A stretch of 64,000 nt of DNA from NCBI GenBank assembly GCA_013239625.1, contig MU053216.1:1452943-1516942 (forward strand), written 5' to 3'. Source of the DNA: Lama guanicoe (Eukaryota). Position 1 is the first letter of the stretch; the number at the start of each line of letters is the position of its first letter. The position numbers were made by a program, and so were the translations under genes. Below the pieces are notes generated by a model. The model did not search any database. It was not told where the DNA came from and saw only the letters and a program-made list of their open reading frames with translations. Positions 1 through 12,217 of this stretch are shown here, piece after piece.

Positions 1-1458
1 CAGCGTGCTGCAGAGAAGTTCTAAATACTTCCTTGGTAAAATCCGTCAGTCTTCAGGGTCTCCTTTATAGCTTTGAAATTCATCTCATGTTGACAAAAGG
101 CTCCCCCTACACCCCCTCAAAATACAGAAATAACGTTCTCTACTTTTTCTATTACTGTAAATCCACCTGGAATTTATTTCTGAAGATGTTGTACACTAGA
201 GACTAGTGATGTCTCCAAATCAGATTTCATTGCATCATTCTCTCATCAAGTCTCCCTCATCTTCTTCACAGTGATGTCCAAACTCCTTAAAAAGGGTAAA
301 GCGCTTTACCGGCTGGCCCCTCCCGACCCATGAGTCTAGCTTTATACCTCCCGGTTCCTCCCCAGTCTCCACTCCCTTCAGAACAGTCTCAGAAGGCTGC
401 CTGCTGCTCCTAAAGCTGTCGCCAATCCACGCGCTCCCAGGCCCCTGCTGGCTGTCCCCCGTCCCCCTCGTGATGCAGACCGAGTCCTGTCTCTGGTCTG
501 ACTGCCACCCTCCCGGGAAAGGCTTCTTCCAATTCCCTGTCCAATCAAAACGGCTCACTCCTCCTGCAGCGTGAGTACAGGCTCCTACGGAGCATCACTT
601 AGACTTGCATTAAGCTCCTTCTCCTCCCGTTTTACTGAGACATACCGGACACACCCGCTGTCACTGAAGGTGGGCAGTGTGATGACGGGGCGTGTGCACG
701 CTGTGAAACGATCGCCACCTTAGATCTTGTGATGCCTGCACTGAATCCTGACCGAACCATCCAGAGCCAGGCATGGGCAACAGAACTTTAAAAGCCCCCA
801 GGGGATGCTGAGAGCAGAAGGTCTGGGGGTCACCAGCTGTCCCGCTAGTTCAAGCAGGACGGACCCCCGGGTCAGAGGGAGACTGTCGAGGTCAAGGGCG
901 CTGTTCCAGTTGCTGTCACAGTCCCTCCACCTAACATGGCACCTGGCAACTAGCTCGCAAGGGCTGAAGCAGGGAAGGGAGTTGGTCCACTGGTCACTTT
1001 AAAGAGTGAAGAGCGAGCTTTCCTCTGCAGGTTGAGGCTGTGGGGTTTGCGCCGGAGGTGGTGGACTGGCAGCGTCTCGGGAAGGCAGGTGCTCCCTCTG
1101 AAGCAGGAAGCTTGACCACGGCCTCGTGAGCCAGCGGTGACGCCTCGTCAGGTCTACCTTCCACGCCAGCCGCCTGCCGAGCCGTCACCAGCGCCCTGGC
1201 TCTTCCCTGCAGACCTTTTCTGAAGTAAGGCTGCAGGCGACGCTCACTGTCTGCAGCCCCAAAACTCTCTGAAGGGGGCATCACGTACGCTCCTAATGCG
1301 AGGAGGCTGAAGCTCCGAAAATGCAACGGTTCGTCCAAGCCTATGGGCTCTTTCCGCTGTGCCGTGCGCTTGGCAGAAAGGAAGTCACTCAGTTTAGGAA
1401 GAAACGCGTTTTGGAGACGACAGACGTCACACGCAAGGAGGGAAACCACGCCTCGAGA

Positions 1459-1468
1459 GTGACGTCAC
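1459..1468. promoter_or_regulatory. Palindromic CRE (GTGACGTCAC)
   Basis: Full TGACGTCA at 1460-1467, a near-CRE AGACGTCA at 1422-1429 and an adjacent GC-rich patch. Confidence 0.4.
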
Positions 1469-2454
1469 GCTCCAGCCTCGCCCTCCAGTCCCACCTCCGC
1501 GGGGCTGCCCGCCCCCCGCGGCTCTGGGCCCCCTCAGCCGAGCCCCGAGCCTTCCCGCTGCGCTCCCAGCACACGTTTCAAGGGGGAAGCTCTTAGTAAT
1601 TAGTGTCTAACAGCCATGACAGCATAACTCTTTTGAACAAAAACGTGGGAAGACATTTCAAGGGCCGTAAAGCCATTCGTGTCCTCATTAAGCCTTTTTC
1701 TCTTGAATTTATTCTACAGATATGATTTAAGAGAGAAGAAAGAGCTATATGAATGAAACGGACCATTACAGTACCATACATAAGAAAGGAAGCAATGTTA
1801 CAACCACAATGAGCAATGTATGCTACCTTGAACTACTTAACAGTAGGGGGAACACGCACAACACAGTACTGAACAGAAAATCAGCACCTTACTTCAACAA
1901 CGTTTGAGACACGTATGTAAGTACTCATGCACACGTGTATGTACACACATGTACACATACACATAGCATACGTACACACACGCCTTGAACATATATATAT
2001 GAAACAGAAAGGGAAAAGGAATGGATAACAGGAAAACTTACTTAGAAATGACTGTTGTAACATGTAAAAAAATACATATAAAATCTATAGTTTGCTTCAA
2101 AAGTTTGGGTTGCAAGCACTTAGTTTAATTAGTAATACATTTTCAGAACAAAGTCCTTTTCACTGATTACTTCATTTCCTAAATTCAAAAACAGATTTTA
2201 AAAAATTCCACTACTGTGCCTACACTTATTCCCATATGCTATCCGTCCGCTTTCAAACTAAGAACCTTCAAATTTTAGCACGATTTTTTTGCCCTTTAAC
2301 TTTACAATGTGAGGTATAAGGAAACTGAAAAATTACGTATAGCAAAGTACATACACAACAGTGCAAAATAAACTTTTGGCCACAACCAATCAACGTGGAG
2401 TGATTTATGACTCTAAATACACAGATTTAATTTCTTACCTAAAGCACTGAGGTC

Positions 2455-2600
2455 AGAATAGTAACAGCTAACACTGTTACGTGCCATGTGATGATTTCAG
2501 CATTTATACTTAACTCATCTAATGCCACAACACTGTGAGATGCAGTATTATTAACCCATTTCACAGGGGAGAAGTTGGGGCCTCTGTGCAAGGTCACACA
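2455..2600 (-). mobile_element. MIR
   Basis: ACTCATCTAATGCCACAACACTGTGAGATGCAGTATTATTAACCCATTTCACAGGGGAGAAGTTGGGGC, reverse MIR core. Confidence 0.65.
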
Positions 2601-2643
2601 GCAGGAGGCCGGGCAGCAGCGTGGGGCCGCAGTTGCGCGCCGG

Positions 2644-2662
2644 GGCCGCCAGGGGGCAGCGC
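2644..2662 (+). promoter_or_regulatory. Candidate CTCF site
   Basis: GGCCGCCAGGGGGCAGCGC matches the CTCF core. Confidence 0.55.
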
Positions 2663-3261
2663 AGCGCCCGGCGTCTCAGCGGGGCGGAAAGCAGGCGGAG
2701 TGGAGCCCCAGGCATTCACCGAGGCCCATGATAGGGTCTAGATCTGCGCTAAGGGGGGCACTAGTTGTCTCCAACCAGTGGAGTCTAGACAAAAATAAAT
2801 CACACATGTATCAGAAATGAAGGTTAAAGCTATTAAATAAAGAAGAGCGCTTAGATCGCGTTAAGCGTTGTTGGTAAGAAGTTTATCACTCAGTCTCGCA
2901 CTTTTATCAGACAGAAGTTCTGATACTTCATGCTTTGATTATTCTCATATCAGATGCAGACGCAGGACTAAGGAAGCAGTTCCTAAACTGAACCCGGTCT
3001 CCAACAGCGGCCAGGGCACCTCTGCGTCCGCGCCCTCCCCAGGGTGCAGGGGGACAAGGACGTAACAAGCCCACCGTGAACACCAAGCACCCGAGCCGCC
3101 GCAGATGGAACGCGCAGCACACACATCCGACCAGTCGGTGGAGGCTAATTCCAGTTCAGAAAACAACATTTTACATATCATTTATTTACATAATCAGGTT
3201 TACCATAATTTTCATTTATCCTTAATTTACATGGAGATACAAGCAAAATAGCACTTATAGC

Positions 3262-3990
3262 CCTACTGAGACACCACTTCCCCCCAGGAAGGCTGTGATT
3301 AAAAAGTCAGATAATAACAGCTGTTGGCAAGGATGTGGAGGAATCAGAACTCGGGTGCGCTGCTGGCGGGGATGGAAGACAGTGCAGCCGCTGTGAAGGG
3401 TTTGGCAGTTTCTCAAAAAGGGAAACAAAGTTATCACCTGACCCAGCAAGTCTGCTTTTTGCTACCTACCCAAGAGAAATGCAAACACCTGTCCACACAA
3501 AATCTGCCATTATTCAGAGCAGCATTATTTATAATAGCCACAAAGGTGGGAACAACCCAAATGTCCATCAACTGATGAAGGGATAAGCAAAAATGAAATA
3601 TGCATTCTATTCAGAATGGAATATAATTCAGCAATAAAATGAAATAAAGACTGACATCTGCCCCACATGGATGAATCCTGACAGAGTGAACGGTGTCGGG
3701 CGGGCACGTGTGAACACACACATGCACGCACACGCACACGCACACACACACGCACGTCACTCCACGGACACAAAATGCCCAGAATGGCAGCCACATAGAG
3801 GCAGAAAGCAGATCAGCGGCTGCTTAGGGTCGGGGGTGGGTGCACAGGAGGTGCTACGTGAGAAGTTATTAAAACTGTCTAAAGCGGACTGTGGTGATGC
3901 TCACACAGCTCTGAACATAATAACCCGCCACGCTGTACACGGCAGCTGGGTGCTGTGCGGTATGTCATTTCTACCTCACGCTGCTACCAA
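3262..3990 (+). mobile_element. Old L1 (L1M-type) ORF2 3' end and 3' UTR fragment
   Basis: Typical L1 phrases (TGTTGGCAAGGATGTGGAG, GCAGCATTATTTATAATAGCC, AACCCAAATGTCCATCAACTGATGAA); contains a (CA/CACG)n tract at ~3710-3757. Confidence 0.8.
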
Positions 3991-4204
3991 ACCCCATCAG
4001 ACTAACTTACGATGCTCTCCTGCCCCCTTCCCAGTGCCCACTCCTCGTAAATCACCACTCGGAGCTCCTGAGCCCTCCCATGACTGTTCTGTCCCAGCAA
4101 TGCTGCATCCAACCTGTCAGGACCCTTGTGCCACCGCGGCCCTGCTGCACCCAGGGGAGGGGGGCTGGCAGCCCCAGGAGGGACGTGATGCCTGCAAGAT
4201 TCAA

Positions 4205-4290
4205 GCTTTTTTTATTCTTATTTTTTTTATTGCAGTGTAGTCGATTTACAATGTTAGTTTCAGGTGTACAGCAAAGCGGTTCAGTTATTC
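4205..4290 (-). mobile_element. Younger L1 3' terminal stub
   Basis: T-tail followed by GATTTACAATGTTAGTTTCAGGTGTACAGCAAAG, the reverse complement of the end of the 53178 copy. Confidence 0.75.
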
Positions 4291-6140
4291 AATCTCGTAA
4301 CACGACATTAAGCTTGTGACCACACAAAACTGATACTTCTATTTTACTGGGACCTACCTGCTTAGATGTGTCAAGAAAGTAAAGGGAGAAAGGTAGAAGG
4401 CACGGTTACTAGCACGTAACTACAAGCCCAGCGACTCCGATTCAGCTGCCGTGCAGTTCTGCCCGTCTCAGCAGCGCTGCGTGCCCGCAGCCCGGTGGCC
4501 GAGCGCTCCCTGCCGTTCCCACAGGGGCAGCACGAGCGTCCGCTGTACAGCCTGCCGTCCACGCGTGGTGAATCTGACCGTCACACACCCGTGGACCTGC
4601 TCCCAAGACAACGCCAAGCCAAACTGGCATTAAGCTTTATTGCAAAAGGAAGACATGCAGGAGACAGCTCAGCCCACATGTCCACTGAAATGCAAGTCCC
4701 AGACCACAGAGGGCTACTGTGCTCCGGGGCAGTTCCCTCTCGTCATCGGGACTGCCCTGAGCCTCAAAGGGCAGGCGAGTGTGCTCACCTGAGGCGCTGC
4801 CCGGCGGACACGTGCAGGAACCGCACACCAGTGATAAACACGGTGGACGCAGGGGACGGTGGACGGCTATGCTTCCAGACCCGGGTCATCACCAAGAAAC
4901 CACAAATTTCCCACCCCAAACCTCAGGGAGGCCCACGAACAGCCTCGCAGCAGGAATCTCACCTCCACAGCCCCTCCCAGTCACAACGGCAGGCAATCAC
5001 CTCGCTCCACAACCAGAAGCCGTGAACGACTTCCCAGGGCCGACCAGACAAGCCCCAAGTTACGTGAATAAGAAGCTCTTCATGGAGCTTCCAGGTCTCC
5101 TCCTCCACGGCTTCTGTATGGAACCCTGTGGTCCCCCGGCAGGCGAAGAGCAGGCCGGTTACAAAGCAGGATGCCTGGTCTCCACACCCACCACGTCATC
5201 TCGGGCAAAGCCCCTGTGTGCCTCACCACCCCCTCTGCACAGCGTGGCGATGACAGCACAAGGCACCTGGTGCCCTGAGCATCACATGGCCATGAGAGGA
5301 GCAGGCTGGGGCAGACCCCTCAGCAGCCACACCGCTCTGTAACCAGGAGGCGGCCAGGCTGCTGGAAGCTGCCACAGCATACATTGAAAACGGCACAGAA
5401 CAAGTGTGGGCAGGCTGGCGGCATTCTCATCCGAGTCCAGCAGGTGGACGTGGACCTCTGCCAGCAGAGCCACATTAAGGTGGGCGCGGGGGACAGTGCA
5501 ACTGTCCCCAGACAGGAGCTGCACTAGGCGGGGGACGTGCCCTCTGGGAGGGAGCCCTGGTCAGGTGCCCCTCTGAACAGCAGGGGAGCCAGTGGGGTCA
5601 GTTTGGGATTGGAGGCTGTCATAAAACTCACAGCTGTGCATCCATGTTTTCCCTGCCCCATCCTGAAGAAAGGACCTAGAAGTGACACCACCAAAGCAGC
5701 AGTAAACACGTCTGTGCCAGAGCGTGGCTCCTACCTACACAGCACCTCCCCACGGCGCTTCGCAGCACAGCTGGCCCCGGTCAGAGAGGAAAAGCGCGGC
5801 GTGAGCCTGGAGCACACGGCTGTGTCAGAAAGGGCAAAGCGCTCAGAGACTGACGGGGGGTGCCGGGGGTCGAGCAGCTAGCCTGAAGGGGCCGCCGGCC
5901 AAACGTGGCCCACAAGAGTACAGAGAAGCCTGAGGACAGCAACGACTTACAACACAATCAGTCAAGGCCAGAAAGAGTCCATGGTGATGATCACTGAGGG
6001 GGAAGGAGGAAGAGAAAGCCCTTCTCTGCAGAACAATGCCAGGCAGGAAGTGTAAAAGCAATGACAGAACTTTAAGGTCACCAGACTGCAACCAGCAGTG
6101 CAGTAGCTCACTCAGGCACAGAGCGCCGCAGCTGCTAAAA

Positions 6141-6154
6141 CCAGCAGGGGGCGC
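6141..6154 (+). promoter_or_regulatory. Candidate CTCF site
   Basis: CCAGCAGGGGGCGC matches the CTCF core consensus. Confidence 0.55.
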
Positions 6155-6479
6155 GCTACTGGGAAACCCCGCGCAACGAACGCCCAAGTGTCACCCCGCA
6201 CGACGCGCCCCACTACGAAGGAACGGAGGTCAGGCTTAGACGCACCAGCACTGGGACGTGACGTGCCTCCTGTGAGAGTCAAAGCAGCACACGCCGCCTA
6301 CTCAGGTCGAGAGGTTTTAGCCTGGGTCCCCTCAGGAGGAGACCATCAGAGAAACCAGGGCTAGAGTGTGTCCCAAGCGCCAGCTCGCCCGCGCTCTTCA
6401 GAAGTGTCCGTGTCACGCACTAAGAGCAAAACCAGTGGGCAGAGGCGACTGTGCTAGACGGAGGGGAGCAAAAGGCAGG

Positions 6480-6820
6480 GCAACCATAGTAGTGGGTGAT
6501 CTTTGGCTTCTGGTTTGAAAAAGGTAAAAAAAAACTATAAGGAACATTTTAGGCACAACGATTGGGGAAATAAGACTATGGATCCTGTGTTTAATAATGT
6601 TACAGTAACAACATTTAATTTCCTGGTGTGAGCATGGAATTGTGATTATGCAGAAAAACGTGCTTGTTTTCGTAAGATTCTTAAATGACCGTGTGTGTGC
6701 GTGTGGACAGAAACGGGGAGAGAGGTGGGGAGAGAACCAAATACGGCAGATCTGAGCGCCAAGTTGCCCTCTAACTCCAGTGTAACTGGAGAAGCTGGAG
6801 AAAATGCAACTCAGAAGCGA
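6480..6820 (+). mobile_element. Old L1MC-like fragment
   Basis: ACATTTTAGGCACAACGATTGGGGAAATAAGACTATGG...ATTTAATTTCCTGGTGTGAGCATGGAATTGTGATTATGCAG. Confidence 0.55.
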
Positions 6821-7844
6821 AGAAAGCTCACGTCCATTTCCCACAGACACGAGTAAGTACACTTCGTACACGCGGCCTCACAGACGCTGCGCTGAGGCAA
6901 CCGCGGTCTGAAGAGGAACTTTCAGACCCTCTTCTGACGCGCCTCCCCACACAACTGTTCGCAGAGCAGCTGCAGGTGAAGTCTAGCTAAAGGGGGAGCT
7001 GCTGGCACCTTCACGCAACAGGCCGTCGCCGTTCACCTTCTACTTCCCGGGGAGTTGCTGGTGGCTTTCTTCCCAAACCGTGCTTACCCGCGCAGTAAAC
7101 AAGTCATTAGGGGGCTCAGGAGCGCGATGAAGCAACACTCGCCAGCCTGCTGCTACGTGAGACACAGAAACCGAGGAGGTTTATATACATACACAAAATC
7201 AAGGGGAAAAGCCTGAAGAATAAGATGCCTTCGGCTGAGGGTTTAAAGCAAAACATAAGCCCCCTTGATGGTTCCACCAGCGCCCAGAGCAAGAGGGCAC
7301 AGGGATCTCCGGTCGACACTGTCCTGTCGTCAGAAGCGTCCAAGGAGGCAGGTCTCCCTGCTGCAACCCCCCACAAACAGTTCCACCGTTAAGAGACTTG
7401 AGGGTCTGAAGGGAAAATACATTTTATTCCTTTTAGTCATGACCTTGCTTTCCCACGTGTTAGTACCCACTTCTGTGACTGAAACAGATGACTTCAAACT
7501 GGCTTAGAGACTAAGCTCAGGGAGAGAAGTGGGGCGAGCACCTCGGCTAAGTTTACTGTCTCCCCGCAGGCCAGGCCTGCTCTGTTCACTCCTCACGGGA
7601 GCGGCGCAAAGGCCATCAATCCTCAGTGCAGGGAGAACGCTGGGCCTCGGAGAGTTCCAGAACTCACCCAGTCACAGCTGTCTGCCGCAGACCCAAGCCC
7701 GTCCTACCCGAGACACAGAGCACTCAGTCACTTCAGTTCTGCCTCAGCAGCAGCGAAGCGCCTGCCAAGCAAGGGGCACGAACCGCGTCCGCTGCGCACG
7801 GCAGCATTTCCTGCGAATCTTAGACAGGCGTTCTTCATAAACCT

Positions 7845-8260
7845 TTTTTCAAGTGAGCTTCTTATTTTGAAGTAGTTATAGGTTCACATGCAACTGTAAG
7901 AAGTAACACAGAGGTCCCACGTACCCTTTACCAGCGTCCCCCGAGGGTAGCGCCTCGTAGAACCACAGTATAATCTGACAGTCAGGGCGCGACGTGGGAC
8001 ATTAACCTACAGAACATGCTGTCGCCAGGACCCCTGCGGCTGCCCCTGCAGCCCATCCACTTCCCTCCCGCCCCGCCCTCCTTAAACCCTGCAACCACTC
8101 ATCTGTTCTGTTCCTGTAATTCTGCCCCTTCAACAATGTTACATGGATACAATCACACAGCACGAACTTTGGATACTCAGCATAATTCTGTGGAGATTCA
8201 TCCAAGCCGCTCTATTTATCAATAGGTTGTTCCCTTTTAGTGCTGAGCAGCATTCCAGTA
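7845..8260 (-). mobile_element. Old L1M 3' end, reverse
   Basis: TTATTTTGAAGTAGTTATAGGTTCACATGCAACTGTAAGAAGTAACACAGAGGTCCCACGTACCCTTTACCAG...ACTCAGCATAATTCTGTGGAGATTCATCCAAG. Confidence 0.7.
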
Positions 8261-9739
8261 AACCTCGCAAAACCCTGATTACTTGCGACTATGGTAATCC
8301 ACGCTTTTATAAAGGTAAACACACCAGCTTGACCTATACGCTGAACACCCAGCAGACACTGTCTCACTTAGACTTTTGGGAGACTGCTAGACACAGTAAA
8401 GTGAAGTGCTCAGTTACTGAACACGGGTGGCCAAACTTCCCCAATTTAACTTACCTTCCTTACGAATGTTTAAAGTTCTAACTAAAGTTCGCAGTCTTAA
8501 AGAGAAGGTTGTAATGGCACAGTTAAAATAAAAAGAAGTTTATTTTTGTTCAGTATTAATTGAATTCTTAACCAAACTAGCTCATAAAGAAAAGTAAACG
8601 TCCGTGAGGGTCTTCAAGGAAGTAACAGCCTCAGGTGGTCGCCGCCCCGGAACACGCCCTGGAAGGGGAGCACAGAAGGAGTCTGGGAACATAACGGGCT
8701 GTCTTCAACTTTCAGTGATGCTTCAAGCTCTCAAAGAGGTGGTGATACGGGGCCGCGGACTCAGAGACACCCCCATACAGGTCTCAGCCGTCTCTCACCC
8801 AGTGCGCTCACCTGTGAGACAGATGAGCCTGCGTACGCACGCGCACAGACGCCCAGAAGAACACCAGGCCGGGAAGTCTGAAAAAGTCACTTCAAGATTT
8901 CACAAGTACTTGTCAGGCAATGAGTGAAATGCACATCTTCTTTTCTGTGCTTTTGTATATAACAATCAGCTGACTATTTCTTTCACCCATGAGAAAAAAT
9001 TTAAGCTGAAATTTCTCATTTCTTTAGATCGTGGACTAAATAGGGCAGTGCCCCGGGATGTTCCCTGATGCCAGTCTCCACCGCTGAGCAGTCAGGCGTG
9101 GCCCCCGGCACCTGAGAGCGGCAGCTGCCCTGAAGCACCCACCCCCCCACTTCCTGTCTGCCGCTCCTTCTAGACCTAAGTGTCCCCGCGGTGCAGCCGC
9201 GCAGTTAACACGCATCAGGTGCTCAGCAGGTAAGAATGTGCCGGGTGAGAGACTGCGCACGAAACACACTGACCCAAGACCCGTCCTCTCACGCCACGTG
9301 CTCAGGGCCGACAGGAGAGCTGCCCCGATGACCTTCCCACCACAGCCACTGTGATGGGCGCCATGACTAGTGATTTTTCAGTTAGGCACCTCACTTATGA
9401 TAGAATGCTTTAAAAAATAGTTACCATGATAAAAAAGAGTAACCATCACTACCTAAATCTCCCAGAACAAGTCAACTTTTTAGTCTAAAACGCACACACC
9501 ACACAGGCTAGCACTTTAAGAATTTTAGAGATTTCAGATAGACTTTTAGACTTCACAGTCATGTAGTTAAAAAGAAATTCTTCTAAGCTATACCCATGAG
9601 TAGCCCCGAAGAGTTCAGTTCAATATTTATTTGTAACAAACAACGTTACACGGTACAGCTAATTCCGTCCGCTTCACTCTGTCTTCACGGCTGCCTCTGT
9701 GGTACCACCTCATGCTCAGACTTCTGTGATAACCTAACT

Positions 9740-10030
9740 GTTCCCCACTTCCTTCTCTTGAAATACACCCTCCTGAGAGCAGCCCAAGTGACCTTAGAGC
9801 ACAAATCAGATCATATCACCTCCACGCCTAAAAAAACCTCCCAATGACTTCGCACTACTCTTGGATTCAAAGTCTCCTCGTGATTCGTCAGATGCAATAC
9901 AATCTGGTCCCTGGATCTCATTCAGACGGGGTCATCCGACGAAGTAGAGTCATGCTATTTCTCCTGTTCCTGGATTATGACAAGCTTGCTCTTGCCTCGA
10001 GAGTCTGCACCTGCTGGTTCCTCAGACTGA
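9740..10030 (+). mobile_element. L2 fragment
   Basis: GCAGCCCAAGTGACCTTAGAGCACAAATCAGATCATATCACCTCC...AAAACCTCCCAATGACTTC. Confidence 0.55.
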
Positions 10031-10049
10031 ACGGCTCTGCTATACACGA

Positions 10050-12217
10050 TTCTCAGCAAATCAGGAATAGGAGGGAACTTACTGAACTTGATAAAGAATA
10101 TCCTCAAAATTCCTACAGATAACATCATACTTAACAATGAGAACCAAATATCCCCCGTAAGGATAGCAACAAGGCAAGGACGTCTGGTCTCACCACTTTC
10201 ATTTAACATTGCCTGGCAGTCTTAGGTGTGCAATGAAACAGGAACAGGAAGGCATACACACTGAAAGGGAAGAAGCAAATCTGTGTTTACCATGAACAAC
10301 AGGATACAGCGTGCAGGGAATTCCAACAACTCCACCAAAAAACCTACTGGAAACAAATGCATTTAGCAAGGTTGCAGCATGCAAAAATCAGTGTTCAAAA
10401 TTCAACTCTACTCCTCAAATCAGCAATGAAGAATTAAATTAAGTTGGAAATTAAATTTAAAAACAGTTCCATTTATAATCAAAACCAAAACTATGAAATA
10501 AAGTAGAACGTAAGCATGTACAGAACTCACACACTAAAAACTACAACAACAGAAAAGACCTGGGTAAACGGGAGGAGACGGCACGTTTATCCAGCAAGAG
10601 TCAACACCAGTAAAAGGGCAGTTCTTCCTAAAATGAGCTACAGATTCAGCACAGTTCCAATCTATATCTAAGCTAAATCTAAGCTTTCTTTGCAGAAATT
10701 GACAAGAGCTTCTAAAACGTATATGGAAACGCAAAGAGCCTAGAACAGCTAGAACAACTGTGACAAAGAACAATAAGGCTCAACGACCTTGCTGTCCAGT
10801 GTCGAGACTTTACCACAGAAGCACAGCGATCCCGACTGGGCGGCCCTGGCCTGGCGCACACTGAGCACCAGAGCAGACACGTATGTCAAAGCAGGGCGGT
10901 GGGGAAAGGGCAGGCTTCAACGATGGTTCTGGAACAACTAGACATCCTTTCTCTTTTTTTGGATGAAGGTACTGGGGATTGAACCCAGGGCTCTGTGCCT
11001 GCTAAGCACACGCTCAAGGGACCTACACCCACCCCCACTGATATCCTCGTTAAAAAAATACAACAAAACAAATGCCAGCTCTTCCCTCCCACTGTACAAT
11101 CATCATCACCATCATCATCAACCAAAATGAACTGCAGAACTGAGTGTAAAACAATTAACTTCTAGAAGAAAGAACAAAGAAAAAATTCTTTAAACCATGA
11201 TGTGGGCAAAGATTTCTTAGGACATAAAAGGACAAAATAACTGTAACGATGAAAGAAAAAAATTATAAATTAGCCTTCATCACAACTTAGAACTACTTGA
11301 AAGACACCATTAAGAAAATGAAAAGGTAAACCACAGACTAGAAGGAAATATTTGCAATACACAGACTTGATAAAGGATTTGTAGTCAGAATATAAAAGAA
11401 CTCGTAGTAGGAAAACAAAAAGCCCAAAAAGAAAATGAGAGAAAGATTCAACAGACACTTCACAAAAGACGAGGTAGGGACGACCAACAAGCATCTGAAA
11501 AAACGCCAAACCACATTAGTCATCGGAGAAAGGCAAACTAAAATAACAAGGAGACACCGACTCCCACCAGAACGGCTAAAATCACAGACTAGCAACAGCG
11601 CAAGTGTCGGCAGGGACGTGGAGCAACTGGAACCCTCACACATCGCTTGGTGTCCAACAAAGCCTACAGCCGCGCGGGGAAGCGGCCCGACGGCGCCTGA
11701 GAGCGAAGCACGCTCAGTTCAACCCCCAGTATCTACCCAAGAGAAACGAGGATATATGTCCTCACAAAAGAAGCATATAAATGTCCACAGCTGCTCTATT
11801 TACAGAGGGCGAAACCCGTAAACAGCCATGCCCATCAGTAGCTAATGAATAAACTGTGCAATCTACAGAATGGATAAACAGCACCGGGCAATAAAAAGGA
11901 ACCCACCACACAGAGCAGGTGCTCGAATCCAGCAAAGCGTGAGCAAAAGCACCCAGCTTAACAGAGGGTCACGCATTAGCTTTCATCACACGAGATGCTA
12001 GAAGAGGCCCAGCACACGGATGACCGGACGCCGCGCGCCGGGGGCAGGGCGGGACTGGCAGCAGGGAGCCCGGAGGCGACAGGTGTCAGGAAGCACTTCA
12101 CACCTTAACGGGAGTGGGACTGACATGTGCACACACCTCCGTCAAAAGACAAACTCGTCACTTTATTAAACGGGTGTATTTCATTCAAATTCAGCCGCAG
12201 CGAAGCTGATTTTTAAA
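10050..12217 (+). mobile_element. Old L1 ORF2 (RT to C-terminal region) and 3' UTR, degenerate
   Basis: Degenerate ORF2 peptides in the ORF track (e.g. FNRHFTKDE..NKHLKK, VGRDVEQLEPSHIA) and L1 phrases throughout; interrupted by a SINE at 10948-11036. Confidence 0.85.
10948..11036 (-). mobile_element. tRNA-derived SINE nested in an old L1
   Basis: Reverse copy (GGTACTGGGGATTGAACCCAGGG...GCTAAGCACACGCTC) with a T-rich tail on the left. Flanks ACTAGACATCCT / ACTGATATCCT. Confidence 0.8.

Noticed and set aside
11270..11821. ORFs with L1 ORF2-like or antisense-L1 peptides
   Set aside because: Fragments of a decayed L1 with stops and frameshifts; not a host gene or an intact retroelement.
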